A stretch of DNA of 64,000 bases from Candidatus Hydrogenedentota bacterium (GTDB lineage Bacteria > Hydrogenedentota > Hydrogenedentia > Hydrogenedentales > SLHB01): positions 34,900 to 98,899 of the forward strand of contig CAVUWV010000014.1 in the NCBI GenBank assembly GCA_963745075.1, written 5' to 3'. A program made the translations under genes and the position numbers. Of the stretch, positions 9,510-18,519 are shown one piece after another (position 1 is the stretch's first letter; every line of letters starts with the position of its first letter). Below the pieces are notes generated by a model. The model was not told the DNA's origin and made no database searches. It saw only the letters and a list, made by a program, of their open reading frames with translations.

Positions 9510-9923
9510 AGCGGAATGGTTCTTCCGCCGTCTGAATTCCGCAAGAGCGGTGTTTGGGATTAAGCCGCCCCAAATCGGAGCACGTTCTATCGGGCCGGCC
9601 GCTTGAGAACGTAGAACGTGTCGCCTAGCCGTAACCAGTTCCCACCCGTCGGCGCCGAGTTCATTGAGTGCGTCCTCAATCTGGCTCTCGACTTCGGACA
9701 TCATTGCCGCACTTCCCTGGGGCGTGATCTGGGGAATTTGCGACGGCGAGTCCTTCTGCATCTGTTCATTCACCTGCATCGCGGCTTGCTGGACCAACGT
9801 GAAATGACTGAACACCTTGTACTCAAACCCCGCGTGCCCGCGGCTTGACGGCGTCGCTCCGACGAATACACACGCGGCAAACAAGAATGTGAGCAGTTTG
9901 TGTAGCTTGAACGTCTGTCTCAT
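9510..9923 (-). CDS. Signal-peptide protein with DUF4177-like GADGWELV motif; has no stop of its own and reads in frame into brnT
   Basis: MRQTFKLHKLLTFLFAACVFVGA leader. It is the N-terminal 138 codons of the 231-aa track ORF 9228..9923. Confidence 0.45.
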
Positions 9924-10158
9924 GGTTTCCCTCCCTCTATCGTACTGCCCGGCGAAAGTGCCGGCCCTTTTTTCGAAATTCCGCGCACGTGTCTACCGGT
10001 CGCCCCAATAGTCGAAGACGAGATACTTATTGAGATGGACGGCGAGCGTATCCCAGTACCGTGGAAACGTCGCATTGCGTTGTTTTCATCTGTGTTACTC
10101 GCAGTAGAAGTTCTGAATCTCCATCACAACATGTCACGACCACGTACCGATTCCGCCG

Positions 10159-10460
10159 CCCTTACAGGGCTTGATTGCGAGGGGATCCTTGGACCCAGGG
10201 TTCCGCTCGTGCCTCGCTCCACCCCGGGCTACTATCGAGTCGCCCCGTCCGGGGCTGACGCAACGTCCATCCCGTCTCTGAGCCGTGGACCGTCAACGTC
10301 CATCCCGTCTCTGAACCGTGGACCGTCAACGTCCATCCCGTCTCTGAACCGTGGACCCTCAATAATCCGGTTTTCATCTGCGGACCCGTTCTATCATTGG
10401 TTGCGGCTCTGCCGCGCTGGGCTACGGGACGGGCCGCCCCGTCCGGGGCTGCACGCAGGC
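10159..10460. repeat. Composite intergenic repeat cluster (dispersed-family motifs plus GC hairpins)
   Basis: CCCTTACAGGG..GGGGAT..GACCCAGGGT (10159-10202) recurs at 11930-11972. GGTTGCGGCTCTGCCGCGCTGGGCT (10399-10423) recurs inverted at 37603-37627. The 17-mer CGCCCCGTCCGGGGCTG occurs at 10241 and 10435. Confidence 0.8.
10261..10359. repeat. Tandem repeat, 3 x 33 bp
   Basis: CAACGTCCATCCCGTCTCTGA(G/A)CCGTGGACC(G/C)T repeated head to tail three times with 1-2 mismatches and no spacers. Confidence 0.95.
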
Positions 10461-10626
10461 ACCCGGCCAGGCGGACGGGCCTCGGACTAGGACTCGACGA
10501 AGTCGTTTTGGCCATTCCGATCCGGGTCATTGGGAATTGTCTCGGATTTCGTGCTTCGAATTCTGGCTTTGGACGCGGCTGCGCCTCGTTGTGCATGCCT
10601 ATACCGTCTGCGGTCAGGATGAACGC

Positions 10627-10839
10627 TCACGGTGACGGCTTCTCCAGGATTTCCGTATCGGACGGCTTTGGTTGGCTGTATTGTTTGACTTTCTTGAGGT
10701 TCTCCCGGTACTGCCGGTCAAACTCGGTTTCACCGAAGAAGGTGTGCCAAACGAATGTAAGGAACGTCACGAACAGTAGCGCGAGGATGGATAATCCGAC
10801 TACGGTCAGAATCAACGCGAACTTCAAGCCGTTGTCCAT
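10627..10839 (-). CDS. Small single-pass membrane protein (70 aa)
   Basis: ATG at 10839 after GGGGGA. LKFALILTVVGLSILALLFVTFLTFVW helix. Lies directly downstream of the GT2 gene. Confidence 0.6.
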   Translation of the reverse strand: MDNGLKFALILTVVGLSILALLFVTFLTFVWHTFFGETEFDRQYRENLKKVKQYSQPKPSDTEILEKPSP

Positions 10840-10914
10840 GTGCGATCCCCCGGATTTCGACACGATGACTTTGTAGCAGCAGAGGCGCCTGTGACTGCCC
10901 CTCCCGCGCATAGG

Positions 10915-11673
10915 TCAATGTCGACCGTCCTCTTCTTCTGCTTGCGCTGTCCGGGCTTGTTCGGCCCCGGCTGCGTCGGGTCGCCGCTCGCCATACCGAA
11001 CGTCCAGCCCTTCCCGCCGCTGGATGGATTTCCGTCCACCCAATGCCATTCGCGCCATAGTCCCGAGGATCTCGCGCGCCGAGTGGGCGCGGAGTTTTCG
11101 GCCGGACGTCGTCACGTACTCGCGCAGGACGACAAACCGGCCGTGACGGCGCAGCGCCCAGCTCATGGCGGCTTCTTCGGCGGCGAAGAGGCGCTCGTCG
11201 AAGCCGCCGGTCGCGAGGAAAGCGTCGCGGGTGCAGAACAGGAAGCACCCGCTCGCTAGCCTTAGGACGCGGTAAATGGGGACGGCCACTGTCATCATGA
11301 TACGGCCATAGAGGGGCACCGGGCCATCGAGGCGGAACGCGCAGCCGCCGCCCGCCGCGCCCTGACGCATGGCCTCGACCGCCCCACGAACCGCCGCCTC
11401 GGTGACAACGGTGTCCGCATCGACGAAGATGAACATCTCGCCGTTCGCTGCGTGTCCCCCGGCGTTACGGGTCGCCGCGATTTGCCGGCGGTTCACGTGG
11501 ATTACTCGGGCGCCGTGTTCTTCGGCGATCGCGGCCGTGCGATCCGTAGATGCGTCGTCCACGACGAATATTTCGAAAGGCTCCCCCAGCGCACGCGCAG
11601 CCACATCGAGCGCGTTCAACGTGCGACCGAGGAGCTGCTCCTCGTTATGGGCGGGGATGACGAAGGAAATCAT
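10915..11673 (-). CDS. Family-2 glycosyltransferase
   Basis: ISFVIPAHNEE, VVDDASTDRT and FVDADT (DxD) motifs. Confidence 0.9.
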   Translation of the reverse strand: MISFVIPAHNEEQLLGRTLNALDVAARALGEPFEIFVVDDASTDRTAAIAEEHGARVIHVNRRQIAATRNAGGHAANGEMFIFVDADTVVTEAAVRGAVEAMRQGAAGGGCAFRLDGPVPLYGRIMMTVAVPIYRVLRLASGCFLFCTRDAFLATGGFDERLFAAEEAAMSWALRRHGRFVVLREYVTTSGRKLRAHSAREILGTMARMALGGRKSIQRREGLDVRYGERRPDAAGAEQARTAQAEEEDGRH

Positions 11674-11810
11674 GACGATTCGCTACCAATCCTTGTTCTT
11701 GGCGAACGATACCGACTTGCTTCTCTCTGTCGTCCTTTGGATGTCTCAACACGTCATTATATCTTTAGCGACAGATGGAAGCGGCGTTGAGCCGCTGAAA
11801 TGGCCTTAAA

Positions 11811-12060
11811 GGCCTGCGTACCCATAGCTCCGGCTTGGCCGAGGCGAAGCGAGGACTAGCCGGGGTCCCAGAGTCCAATCACGTCGTGATTCCCTGAAAG
11901 GGATACATAGTGCGCGGGATTCTATGTAACCCTTACAGGGTATTGGGAATCAGGGGATTTTGACCCAGGGTAGGCCTTGCTGCGCGGCGGCCAATCACGC
12001 TTGCGGCGTGACTGTGAGTATTTTGGCCCTTCAGGCCACCGTGAGTCACATCGTCGACGA
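11811..12060. repeat. Intergenic hairpin-repeat cluster (same dispersed family)
   Basis: TCCCTGAAAGGGA, CCCTTACAGGG and GGCCCTTCAGGCC hairpins. The block 11930-11972 is homologous to 10159-10202. Confidence 0.7.
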
Positions 12061-12149
12061 GGAAGGTATGCATTACTTTGCCCCGGAGAGTACCGATGAA
12101 CTGTGTGGCGCGGTTGGCCTAGCAGGCGAAGTTATCCGTCGGTGCAAAC

Positions 12150-13364
12150 TTATCCGGCTTCCACCATCTCCTCCGCCAGCCGCCAGACGTTCTGCAACAT
12201 GCGCGGCAAATGGAACGCGGTTTTCCATTTGCTGCCCTTAACGGTGTTGGCGAGGGATCCGTCGTGATGGAGGTAGCCGAACCATTCGCCGTGGGTGAAG
12301 TCGGGGAAATGGGCGAAGGCGTAGGCGTCGATCTTCTCGAAGTTCTGCCAATAACGATTTTCGCCGGTGAGGTGGTAGGCGAGAAGGTTGGCGTAGAGGG
12401 CTTCGCAATGGACCCACCAGAGTTTCATGTCGTGTTCGTAGGGTTCCGGCGGTTTGCCGTCGATGTCGACGAAGTACAGGATGCCGCCGTATTCGTCGTC
12501 CCAGCCGAGGTCCATGGAGTAATCGATGATGGGCAGGGCGGACGCGATGAGATCGGCGTCGTTCCGGTGGCGGGCCTCTTCGAGGAGGAACCACGCGGTT
12601 TCGAGGGCGTGACCGGGGTTGATGCAACGGCCTTCGGGGATGTCGAGTAACAGTTCGCCGTCGGGTCCGACGGTTTCGAAGAGCGCGCGCTTCTCGTGGT
12701 TTAGGAAATGAGTCAGCACTTCATGGATGCAGCGGTCGATGATGGATGTATAGAAGGGGTCGTCGCCGTTGCGGCGCAGCACTTGCGTCATGGCGATGAC
12801 GATCATGGGCATGGCGTGGGATTTTGAAGGGCGCGTGGGGTAGAACTTCGGCGGCATGGACGCGTCCGGCGCGTCGTTGAGTTCGATGATTTTTTGGTAG
12901 AGGGTCCGCGCGCGTTCGACGGCGGACGTGTCACCGGCTGCCTTCCCGTATTCCGACAAGGCGATAACCCCGAAGGTTTCCGTGAATAGGTAGCGCCGCT
13001 TGCGCAAGGGGCGTCCGTCGCGCGTGACGGTATAAAACATGCGACCGTCCGTGTCGAACCCGTGCTTCAACATGAATTCATACCCGAGCCGCGCGAAGTC
13101 CAGCCATTCCGGCCGCGGCTTGACGTCGTTGTAGACCTTCGAATACATCCACACCGTGCGGGCGATCATCCAGAAGCACTTGTCCGTCGACACCACCGAT
13201 CCGTCCGCGTCGATATGGTGCAGGTATCCCCCCATTTCGTCGTCGCGGATGTGCCGCATCCAAAAGGGGAGGACGTCGTTCAGGAGCGTATCCCGGTAGC
13301 GGTCGCGTAGTTCGGAAAAGCGTTGCGTATTCACGTAGTTGCTCCACGTCAAAAAAGATGGCAC
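12150..13364 (-). CDS. AGE-family (N-acylglucosamine / cellobiose 2-epimerase-like) protein
   Basis: 404-aa ORF with an N-terminal LLNDVLPFWMRH..D.E.GGY pattern and alpha/alpha-barrel-like repeats typical of the AGE/RENBP family. Confidence 0.8.
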   Translation of the reverse strand: MPSFLTWSNYVNTQRFSELRDRYRDTLLNDVLPFWMRHIRDDEMGGYLHHIDADGSVVSTDKCFWMIARTVWMYSKVYNDVKPRPEWLDFARLGYEFMLKHGFDTDGRMFYTVTRDGRPLRKRRYLFTETFGVIALSEYGKAAGDTSAVERARTLYQKIIELNDAPDASMPPKFYPTRPSKSHAMPMIVIAMTQVLRRNGDDPFYTSIIDRCIHEVLTHFLNHEKRALFETVGPDGELLLDIPEGRCINPGHALETAWFLLEEARHRNDADLIASALPIIDYSMDLGWDDEYGGILYFVDIDGKPPEPYEHDMKLWWVHCEALYANLLAYHLTGENRYWQNFEKIDAYAFAHFPDFTHGEWFGYLHHDGSLANTVKGSKWKTAFHLPRMLQNVWRLAEEMVEAG

Positions 13365-13586
13365 TCGTGCTGTCTATGTTACTCCATCGGCAGGGTACTT
13401 GACTGGAGCCAAAATACCAAAGATGGATTCCGAAGCGACGATGGCGTGCGGGATCGGCCATGTTTCTGGTTTCACACTGAGGGTTCCCTCAACGGCTAAT
13501 CCTGCTACACTGGAGCGGGTGGGTGGGGTTGCTTTAACTTGCCGCGTACGCTGGTCGTCCGGTTCGAGCCGGACAAGGAGGTATCG

Positions 13587-14261
13587 ATGGTCATTAAACG
13601 CCTCGTTCCGTTCACCCTTCTGCTCGCGCTCACGATTGCACCCAACGCCTTGGCCCACCGGCTGGTTGAAAACGACGGTACCCACGTCGACGCCGCGTCG
13701 GCCCTGGTCGTCACGGAGCCGGATATCTCGCAGCTTATTCTTCACGAAGTGACGGTCGGAAACGAAGAAGTGTGGCTCACGTTTCAAGGGACGGCCGGCG
13801 GCTCCGTTTACCTCCAGCTCGGGGTCCCGGTCATTGACACCCTTTCGGACTACCATCCCGCCGTCGCGCTGGTCGGCCCGGGTCTGCCGGCCGCGATGCT
13901 GCCCTTCGACATACCAAACGGGACCGGCGCAGTGACGTTCAACGCGGCGGACTTCGTGCCCGACTTCTTCTCGGAACCGTTTACCGGTACGGAATCCTGG
14001 ATCTACGTTGAAGAGACGGTCACGCTTCCATCGGACGGAACCTACTACATCGTCGGTTACCACCCCGACCAGACGCCTGGGAAACTCTGGGTGGCGTTTG
14101 GTCAGGAAGAAGTCTTTGGCATTCCGGATATTCTGGCCTATCCAAAGACCCTGCGCGAAGTGCGCGCCTTCCACGAAGTATCTCAAGAACCGCTCGGCAT
14201 CATTCCGCGACTGTTCTTGATGGTGGCCCGCGTGCTGCGTCTGTTTACGTTCTTTTTGTAA
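13587..14261 (+). CDS. Secreted hypothetical protein with hydrophobic C-terminal tail
   Basis: AAGGAGG RBS then ATG at 13587. MVIKRLVPFTLLLALTIAPNALA signal peptide. No recognisable domain. Confidence 0.7.
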   Translation: MVIKRLVPFTLLLALTIAPNALAHRLVENDGTHVDAASALVVTEPDISQLILHEVTVGNEEVWLTFQGTAGGSVYLQLGVPVIDTLSDYHPAVALVGPGLPAAMLPFDIPNGTGAVTFNAADFVPDFFSEPFTGTESWIYVEETVTLPSDGTYYIVGYHPDQTPGKLWVAFGQEEVFGIPDILAYPKTLREVRAFHEVSQEPLGIIPRLFLMVARVLRLFTFFL

Positions 14262-14379
14262 ACCCGCGCGATCAAGCGACCTTATCCCGCTGTCTTCGCG
14301 GCGCTTTGCACGCAGAAGGTATTGTTGGGGTCGATGAAGTGACGGCACACGCGAGTCTACGGATTTCGCGTACGATGGC

Positions 14380-16068
14380 TCACAATCCGATTAAGGTGAT
14401 CTCGCCCCAATACGCAGCTTCGCAGTACCAGCCGGTCGGTTGGTTCAAGAGTTCAGCCTTAATCGTTTGGCCCGCGTACGGCGCCAAATCAACGTCGACC
14501 GTGAGCCAGCCGTCATGGACCGTGTCCGCGCTGACAGGAGTGTTCACCACGTCCTTGCCATTGATTCTCACGATCAGTTGCCAGTCGCCACCCTCGTGAT
14601 GACTGACCGTGAGCCGCAGCTTGCCCTTTGTATTGGCAGGAATGGTGCCTTCCCGCCAGATGACGCATGGCGTCGCGCCGTCGTCGGGGTGGGTGACCAG
14701 AACCCGTTCGCGTCCCCGGTACTCGGCGCGGATGCCGGGATCCATTTCCAGTCCGCAATCCTTGATTTCCCAGCCCGGTGCGAACTCCGCGACGACTGCG
14801 TTCATATCCGGGCGTCCGTCAGACAACTCTCTCGAACGGATTTGATCCTCCAATTCGGCATCGGTAAAGCGGCTATTCGCAATTGGACCGGGATCCCAGC
14901 TTTGCTCCAACGGCGAGGGCAGTGGTTTCTGGATGGGGATCAGGAACGTCTCATTCCCGTTTTCATCTACACTGACCTTGCCGCCCGCGCGAACGACGGC
15001 GGCGCGTGCCAAAGTTTCAGACACTTTCAGGAGCTGCGTGAAGGAGTAATCGGTATGGGAAAAGACTGTATCGCGATTCAACGCGGACGTGAATTTCTCC
15101 GGTACGTTTTCCAAAGCAAGTGACGTAAACAGGATGCCCGCGGCACTGGATGGATTGCAGTCGGAATCCTGACCGCAGCGTGTCGCAATCTGAATCGTTT
15201 TGTCCGGGTCGCCGGCACCGTATAGCAATCCCATCACGATGTATGCGCCGTTGATTTTGGCATCAATGTTGAATCCCTTCTTCGCGCCGCCGCACGAGGC
15301 CTTCCGATAGTCTGGATTCTCGTTGTACTTTGCCTCGACCAGCGTCCATGTCGCTTCCCAGTTTGCCGGGTCGGCTTTCCACCACGTAATGACATCGCGG
15401 ATGCATTCGGCATACTGGCTGCCGGACGGAATGCAGTCCAGACCCGCGAGGACGATCTTTTCGGGGTCGGACTCGAAGAACGCCGATGCGTACATCCCGC
15501 CCACAAACTGGCCGCCGTATAGTCCATCACCGTAGTTCATAATCCTGCCGAAAATCTCGCCGAGCGCGATCGGAACGTTCGGAAGTCCGGGTGCAATCAG
15601 GCCGGAATAATCAGCCTCGATCTGGTAGTCAATGTCGTCCGCGTGCTTGTTGAATTCCGGATGGCCGGAATCTGGCGGGGCGATCCCCGCGCGAAGGTTG
15701 TCGCGTCCGGTGCTGTTGGCATGCCAGAGGGGGTAGAGGCTCCGGGCAAAGTCAATGCCGGCCTGCTTACGGGACACGTCCCAGCCGTAGTCCTCGAGCG
15801 ATTTCAGGAACGTCATCTCGACGTAGAGGTCATCCTGCCAGAACTGGTTGACGAGTTCGGGTTTCCATTCCGGCATCTTGCTTTCCGGCACCATGTGTCC
15901 GTTGAACTGGAACTCGGTGGGCGCACCCCAGCCTACGCCGGCCATCTGCCCAATCCAACCGGCCGTCATCCGGCTGACATACTCGTCAACCGGCAACTGG
16001 AGGTAATCGTCTTGTGCCTGCACGATGCTGCACATACCGAAGAGGACCAGTATGGCGTATCGCTTCAT
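14380..16068 (-). CDS. ADP-ribosylglycohydrolase-family protein with signal peptide and extra C-terminal domain
   Basis: MKRYAILVLFGMCSIVQA leader. GDGLYGGQFVGGMYA and GQDSDCNPSSAAGILF are ARH-family metal-site motifs. About 170 extra C-terminal residues. Confidence 0.8.
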   Translation of the reverse strand: MKRYAILVLFGMCSIVQAQDDYLQLPVDEYVSRMTAGWIGQMAGVGWGAPTEFQFNGHMVPESKMPEWKPELVNQFWQDDLYVEMTFLKSLEDYGWDVSRKQAGIDFARSLYPLWHANSTGRDNLRAGIAPPDSGHPEFNKHADDIDYQIEADYSGLIAPGLPNVPIALGEIFGRIMNYGDGLYGGQFVGGMYASAFFESDPEKIVLAGLDCIPSGSQYAECIRDVITWWKADPANWEATWTLVEAKYNENPDYRKASCGGAKKGFNIDAKINGAYIVMGLLYGAGDPDKTIQIATRCGQDSDCNPSSAAGILFTSLALENVPEKFTSALNRDTVFSHTDYSFTQLLKVSETLARAAVVRAGGKVSVDENGNETFLIPIQKPLPSPLEQSWDPGPIANSRFTDAELEDQIRSRELSDGRPDMNAVVAEFAPGWEIKDCGLEMDPGIRAEYRGRERVLVTHPDDGATPCVIWREGTIPANTKGKLRLTVSHHEGGDWQLIVRINGKDVVNTPVSADTVHDGWLTVDVDLAPYAGQTIKAELLNQPTGWYCEAAYWGEITLIGL

Positions 16069-16410
16069 CTTCGCCCCCAATCTTCCGTCGTTGTACCAAC
16101 GACTTTTTCGCCTCATGGGATTTCAGCGTGACGGCTCGTCGTCTTCAATTGAATGCGCCGTCTCTATCCGGAACCGGGGGAAGTCTAGATCCCGCGTTAC
16201 GGGCGGTCAAGTCGCACGTCTAGGATCGTCGAGCCGTTCCAAGTAATGGACTCCGGGATATGAAGTTGGATACCCTGTTCATGCAGGGTGCCTGGTTGAC
16301 GAAACCGCGGGTCGAGGGGTCGAGAACGGCGACGAAACAACGTACGGGTTTGCGGGTTCCCGTCCTCGAAGTCTCTTAGCTCATTTCCTTCGATGGGGAG
16401 AAGGAGCGAA

Positions 16411-17409
16411 ATGAATTCGAGCATCCTTTCGGCGGAGCGTCTGCCAGCGATGGAGTCTGCTGCGGAGTACGGACCACGACGGTCCGCGCGCATCGCGAAC
16501 GTCGAGCGGCTGCGCATCCTGGCCATCTTCGAGATCATCGGGTTTCACGCCGCCACAGAACGGACCCTGTTCTTCGGCGGGGTTGGGCTGGCTACGTTTC
16601 TTATCCTGACGAATCTGTTCAACACCACCGTGTCCAACAAACGCGGGTTCACGTCGTTTGCGAAGGCCAAGATCCACCGGCTCCTGTGGCCGTGGCTGTT
16701 CTGGTGCGGCGTTTACGCGGTCTGGATTGCGTTTCACGCGTATCGGCACGGCCAACCGCTGTCGGGTGCGTTCAGTCCATGGATGTTGCTCTACGGAACT
16801 AAAGAGCATCTCTGGTTTGTGCCCTTTGCGCTCGTCTCGGGTGTCACGGTGGGCTGGTTTCAACACTCGTCGTTACAGTGGCGTGACGGTCCGCTCATCG
16901 CCGCCTGCGCAATTCTCGGCGGCGCGATCCTATTGATCAGTTCCGTCGTCACAACCTATTGCGGCGGATTGCACATCCCCATTCCCCAATACTTGTACGC
17001 ATTGCCGTCGACGTTCATCGGATTCGCGTTGGGGCGGTCGGTACTCATTCAGGATCCCGTGGCAAAACGTCGAGCACTAGGGGGGTTGTGCATTGGCGCG
17101 GCAGTCTACGGCGCGGCTTTTCTCGCGCTGGTCCAGGTCGTTCCTCTGCACTATATGGTCTTGCGCTACGCCGTCATGGTGATCGTCATCAGCGGGGCCA
17201 TCGTCTGTCCCGGCCGGGAAGATACGTTGACGCGCCTGAGTATTCCGCTGATGTTCGGCGTCTACCTGATTCACCCGTTGATCGTGGAGATCCTGTACCG
17301 CTTCGACGTGCTTCATCGGCACATTCTTCTTTATGCCCTCGTCGTATTCGTTCTCTCGAACCTTGCCATCTGGACCATGCAGCGGACGAAGTTGCGAAGG
17401 TTTACGTGA
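16411..17409 (+). CDS. Acyltransferase-3 family membrane protein
   Basis: GAAGGAG RBS then ATG at 16411. RLRILAIFEIIGFH motif. About 10 hydrophobic segments. Confidence 0.8.
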   Translation: MNSSILSAERLPAMESAAEYGPRRSARIANVERLRILAIFEIIGFHAATERTLFFGGVGLATFLILTNLFNTTVSNKRGFTSFAKAKIHRLLWPWLFWCGVYAVWIAFHAYRHGQPLSGAFSPWMLLYGTKEHLWFVPFALVSGVTVGWFQHSSLQWRDGPLIAACAILGGAILLISSVVTTYCGGLHIPIPQYLYALPSTFIGFALGRSVLIQDPVAKRRALGGLCIGAAVYGAAFLALVQVVPLHYMVLRYAVMVIVISGAIVCPGREDTLTRLSIPLMFGVYLIHPLIVEILYRFDVLHRHILLYALVVFVLSNLAIWTMQRTKLRRFT

Positions 17410-17457
17410 ATCTGCCGAAGTTTCGATGGCGCAATTCTGGAAACCCAAATAGACTCT

Positions 17458-18519
17458 TCAATCCCGCATACGGGCTGCTTCGGCAAAGGCGACAATATTT
17501 TCCCAGGGCGTTTCAGGTTGCACCATGTTTGAGGGACAGAGGATCGCGCGGTTATCCGGCGTACAACATTCGCGGATCCGGCCGATCCATTGCCGTATCT
17601 TTTCCGGCGTGCCGAAAGGAAAGAGTTTTTGTGCGCTGATCGTTGCGCACAGCAGGATGTCCTGGCCATATTGCTTGTAAGTAGATTCGAAATCCATGCA
17701 TTCGGGTTGAATGGGATGCAGGATGTCGAAGCCCACATCGATAATATCCGGGATGATCGCTTCGATGTTCCCGCAACTGTGCAGAAAGAACGCCGTATCC
17801 GGATGCGACCTGCGCACGGTATCAAGAATGTCGCGCCACTGGGGTCTAATGAACCGTCGCCACAGTTCCGGGTCAATCTGCATGCCCGTTTGCATCCCGG
17901 CGTCGTCGTAAAAGCACAACACGTCGATTCCGGCCGCGGCCGACTCGAGGGCAAGCTTCTTCGTGTAGTCCGCGACTTTTGCGATGACCGCCTCGGCCAA
18001 CGGCACATTGGTAAGAAGGTCCATCATGAATTGTTCCATGCCCCGCAGCCACCAGGACCATTCGTAGATGCTACCCGCATATCCGAAGACCGGGTACCCT
18101 CGTGCATGATACTCCTGCGACAACTGCTCCGCCGAGTTTCGTTCGATTAGCGGTGCTGGAAACCGTTCCACGTCTGTCACGGTTGCCACGTTGGCGAGTG
18201 GCGGAAAGGTCTTCTCATAGGTTCCGGCGGCGCCGCCCGCCCAATGACCGATGCCCCATTCATCAAATGTCGTCCCAGGTGGTACGGGTCCATGCACGGC
18301 GGCGGGATCGTCACCCCCAAACCGCGTCTTCAGGGAAACCGTTCGGAAGTCGTAATCAAAGTATTCCTCGGGCTGGCGGCTTCCGGTTTCCCGTTCAAAG
18401 CGTTCGAGCACCGGCGCCGTGAACCCGGGTGCACCGCCTATGTCGAGCGTAAAGGGGATCCAGTCGCCGTTGCCGGTCTGCAACATCTTCTGTAGATTCT
18501 CGAAGCAGATTGAACTCAC
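17458..18519 (-). CDS. Uroporphyrinogen-decarboxylase-family (URO-D / MtaA-like) protein
   Basis: 353-aa ORF with URO-D-like TIM-barrel pattern (FFLHSCGNIEAIIPDIIDVGFDILHPIQPE). Lacks the HemE N-terminal MRQAGR motif that is present in the true hemE at 52612. Confidence 0.7.
   Translation of the reverse strand: MSSICFENLQKMLQTGNGDWIPFTLDIGGAPGFTAPVLERFERETGSRQPEEYFDYDFRTVSLKTRFGGDDPAAVHGPVPPGTTFDEWGIGHWAGGAAGTYEKTFPPLANVATVTDVERFPAPLIERNSAEQLSQEYHARGYPVFGYAGSIYEWSWWLRGMEQFMMDLLTNVPLAEAVIAKVADYTKKLALESAAAGIDVLCFYDDAGMQTGMQIDPELWRRFIRPQWRDILDTVRRSHPDTAFFLHSCGNIEAIIPDIIDVGFDILHPIQPECMDFESTYKQYGQDILLCATISAQKLFPFGTPEKIRQWIGRIRECCTPDNRAILCPSNMVQPETPWENIVAFAEAARMRD

Noticed and set aside
10261-10359. 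Possible CRISPR array
   Set aside because: The three 33-bp units are directly contiguous with no unique spacers. No cas genes or leader-like sequence are present in the window.
10035-10596. Track ORFs 10035-10490 (+) and 10162-10596 (-) with repeated peptides
   Set aside because: They are translations of the 33-bp tandem repeat and GC hairpins. There is no RBS. The same WLRLCRAGL peptide arises from the dispersed repeat at 37603 in an unrelated ORF.
13374-14348. 324-aa ORF on the minus strand
   Set aside because: It is antisense to the signal-peptide ORF 13587..14261, which has an AAGGAGG RBS. Its composition is Arg-rich and non-protein-like.
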